This document shows, in pieces, positions 63,533 through 64,000 of a stretch of DNA of 64,000 nt. The notes below the pieces were generated by a model that was not told where the DNA came from, did not search any database, and was given only the letters and a program-made list of their open reading frames with translations. This stretch comes from Dimorphilus gyrociliatus (Eukaryota; Animalia; Annelida). The stretch covers positions 2,053,404 through 2,117,403 of the forward strand of contig CAJFCJ010000007.1 of assembly GCA_904063045.1 (NCBI GenBank), given 5' to 3'. Position numbers and translations under genes: made by a program. Position 1 is the stretch's first letter; each line of letters starts with the position of its first letter.

Positions 63533-64000
63533 TCGTTTATTATGAACAGGGATACAATTAGATATAAAACAAAGCCACAAAGCTATTGAAAATATAAGCA
63601 AAAAGTATACAACGGTTATAAACATGTATGAAAGCGATACTAGGCGAGAGCAGAAACTGCTTCTATCAGCACGAAACGTGTTTCATTTCATTTTAAGTAA
63701 ACAATATAATTAAACTTGAACTTTACAATGTCTAATAGATATTTTAACGCTATTAGTCATTGTCATTTTCTGTTCAAGTCTTATTCAACTTATACCACAC
63801 TTGAATTAGAACGACTTTTCCAAATCAATTAGGCTAATTTGTTTTCACTTTTCCTTATAGAAAAGCTTTGCAGAAGTCGAGGGAAAAGCAATAATTTCTT
63901 TCTTGTCCCGAAGGGGAATCGCTTAATTCAGAATATATGTACAATTTGCAGAAAAAAAAAGAAGAAAGAGACTTAAATTTGACTACGTTATCTCTGTCTC

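Noticed and set aside
11-63625. Many short ORFs in the supplied track antisense to or overlapping real exons (e.g. 12107-12351, 42006-43485, 46584-46976, 59672-60070, 61024-61477), plus AT-rich intronic ORFs
   Set aside because: Shadow ORFs of coding sequence or low-complexity intronic frames with no motifs.
63645-63682. Tandem mini-hairpins (GCAG-AAA-CTGC, CACG-AAA-CGTG) and other short inverted repeats (36094-36115, 36167-36203, 54155-54200)
   Set aside because: Stems of only 4-11 bp; no hammerhead, tRNA, pre-miRNA or MITE architecture could be built.

Overview
This is eukaryotic (invertebrate metazoan) nuclear DNA: AT-rich and very gene-dense, with about 23 protein-coding genes in 64 kb and mostly 45-80 nt introns. 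That is consistent with a compact-genome animal such as a miniaturised lophotrochozoan, but the species cannot be proven from the sequence. Gene order: androglobin 3' end (+), spermine synthase (-), EHD (+), OSCP1 (+), KRAP/SSFA2-like (-), UBE4A (+), KRIT1 (-), LAMTOR4 (-), NUP88 (+), endosomal NHE6/7/9-like exchanger (+), minimal atonal-type bHLH (-), orphan membrane protein (+), LAAO-like flavoenzyme (+), TMEM9 (+), Cys-rich orphan (-), FIG4 (-) with a FAXC-like gene nested antisense in one intron, ABCC4-like (+), STOML2 (+), DD3-3-like (-), an unknown gene (-), single-chain NADH glutamate synthase (+), and the first exon of a further gene (+). I found no rRNA, tRNA, CRISPR or clear transposon, and no self-contained novel multi-gene system. 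The most interesting signals are in splicing architecture and protein divergence: GCTA-type GC-AG donors, microexon clusters, duplicated or alternative terminal exons, no U12 introns in genes that usually carry them, a KRIT1 lacking its NPxY/F motifs, and an LAAO-like enzyme with altered catalytic residues. All gene models were spliced by eye, and family calls come from remembered motifs, not database searches.
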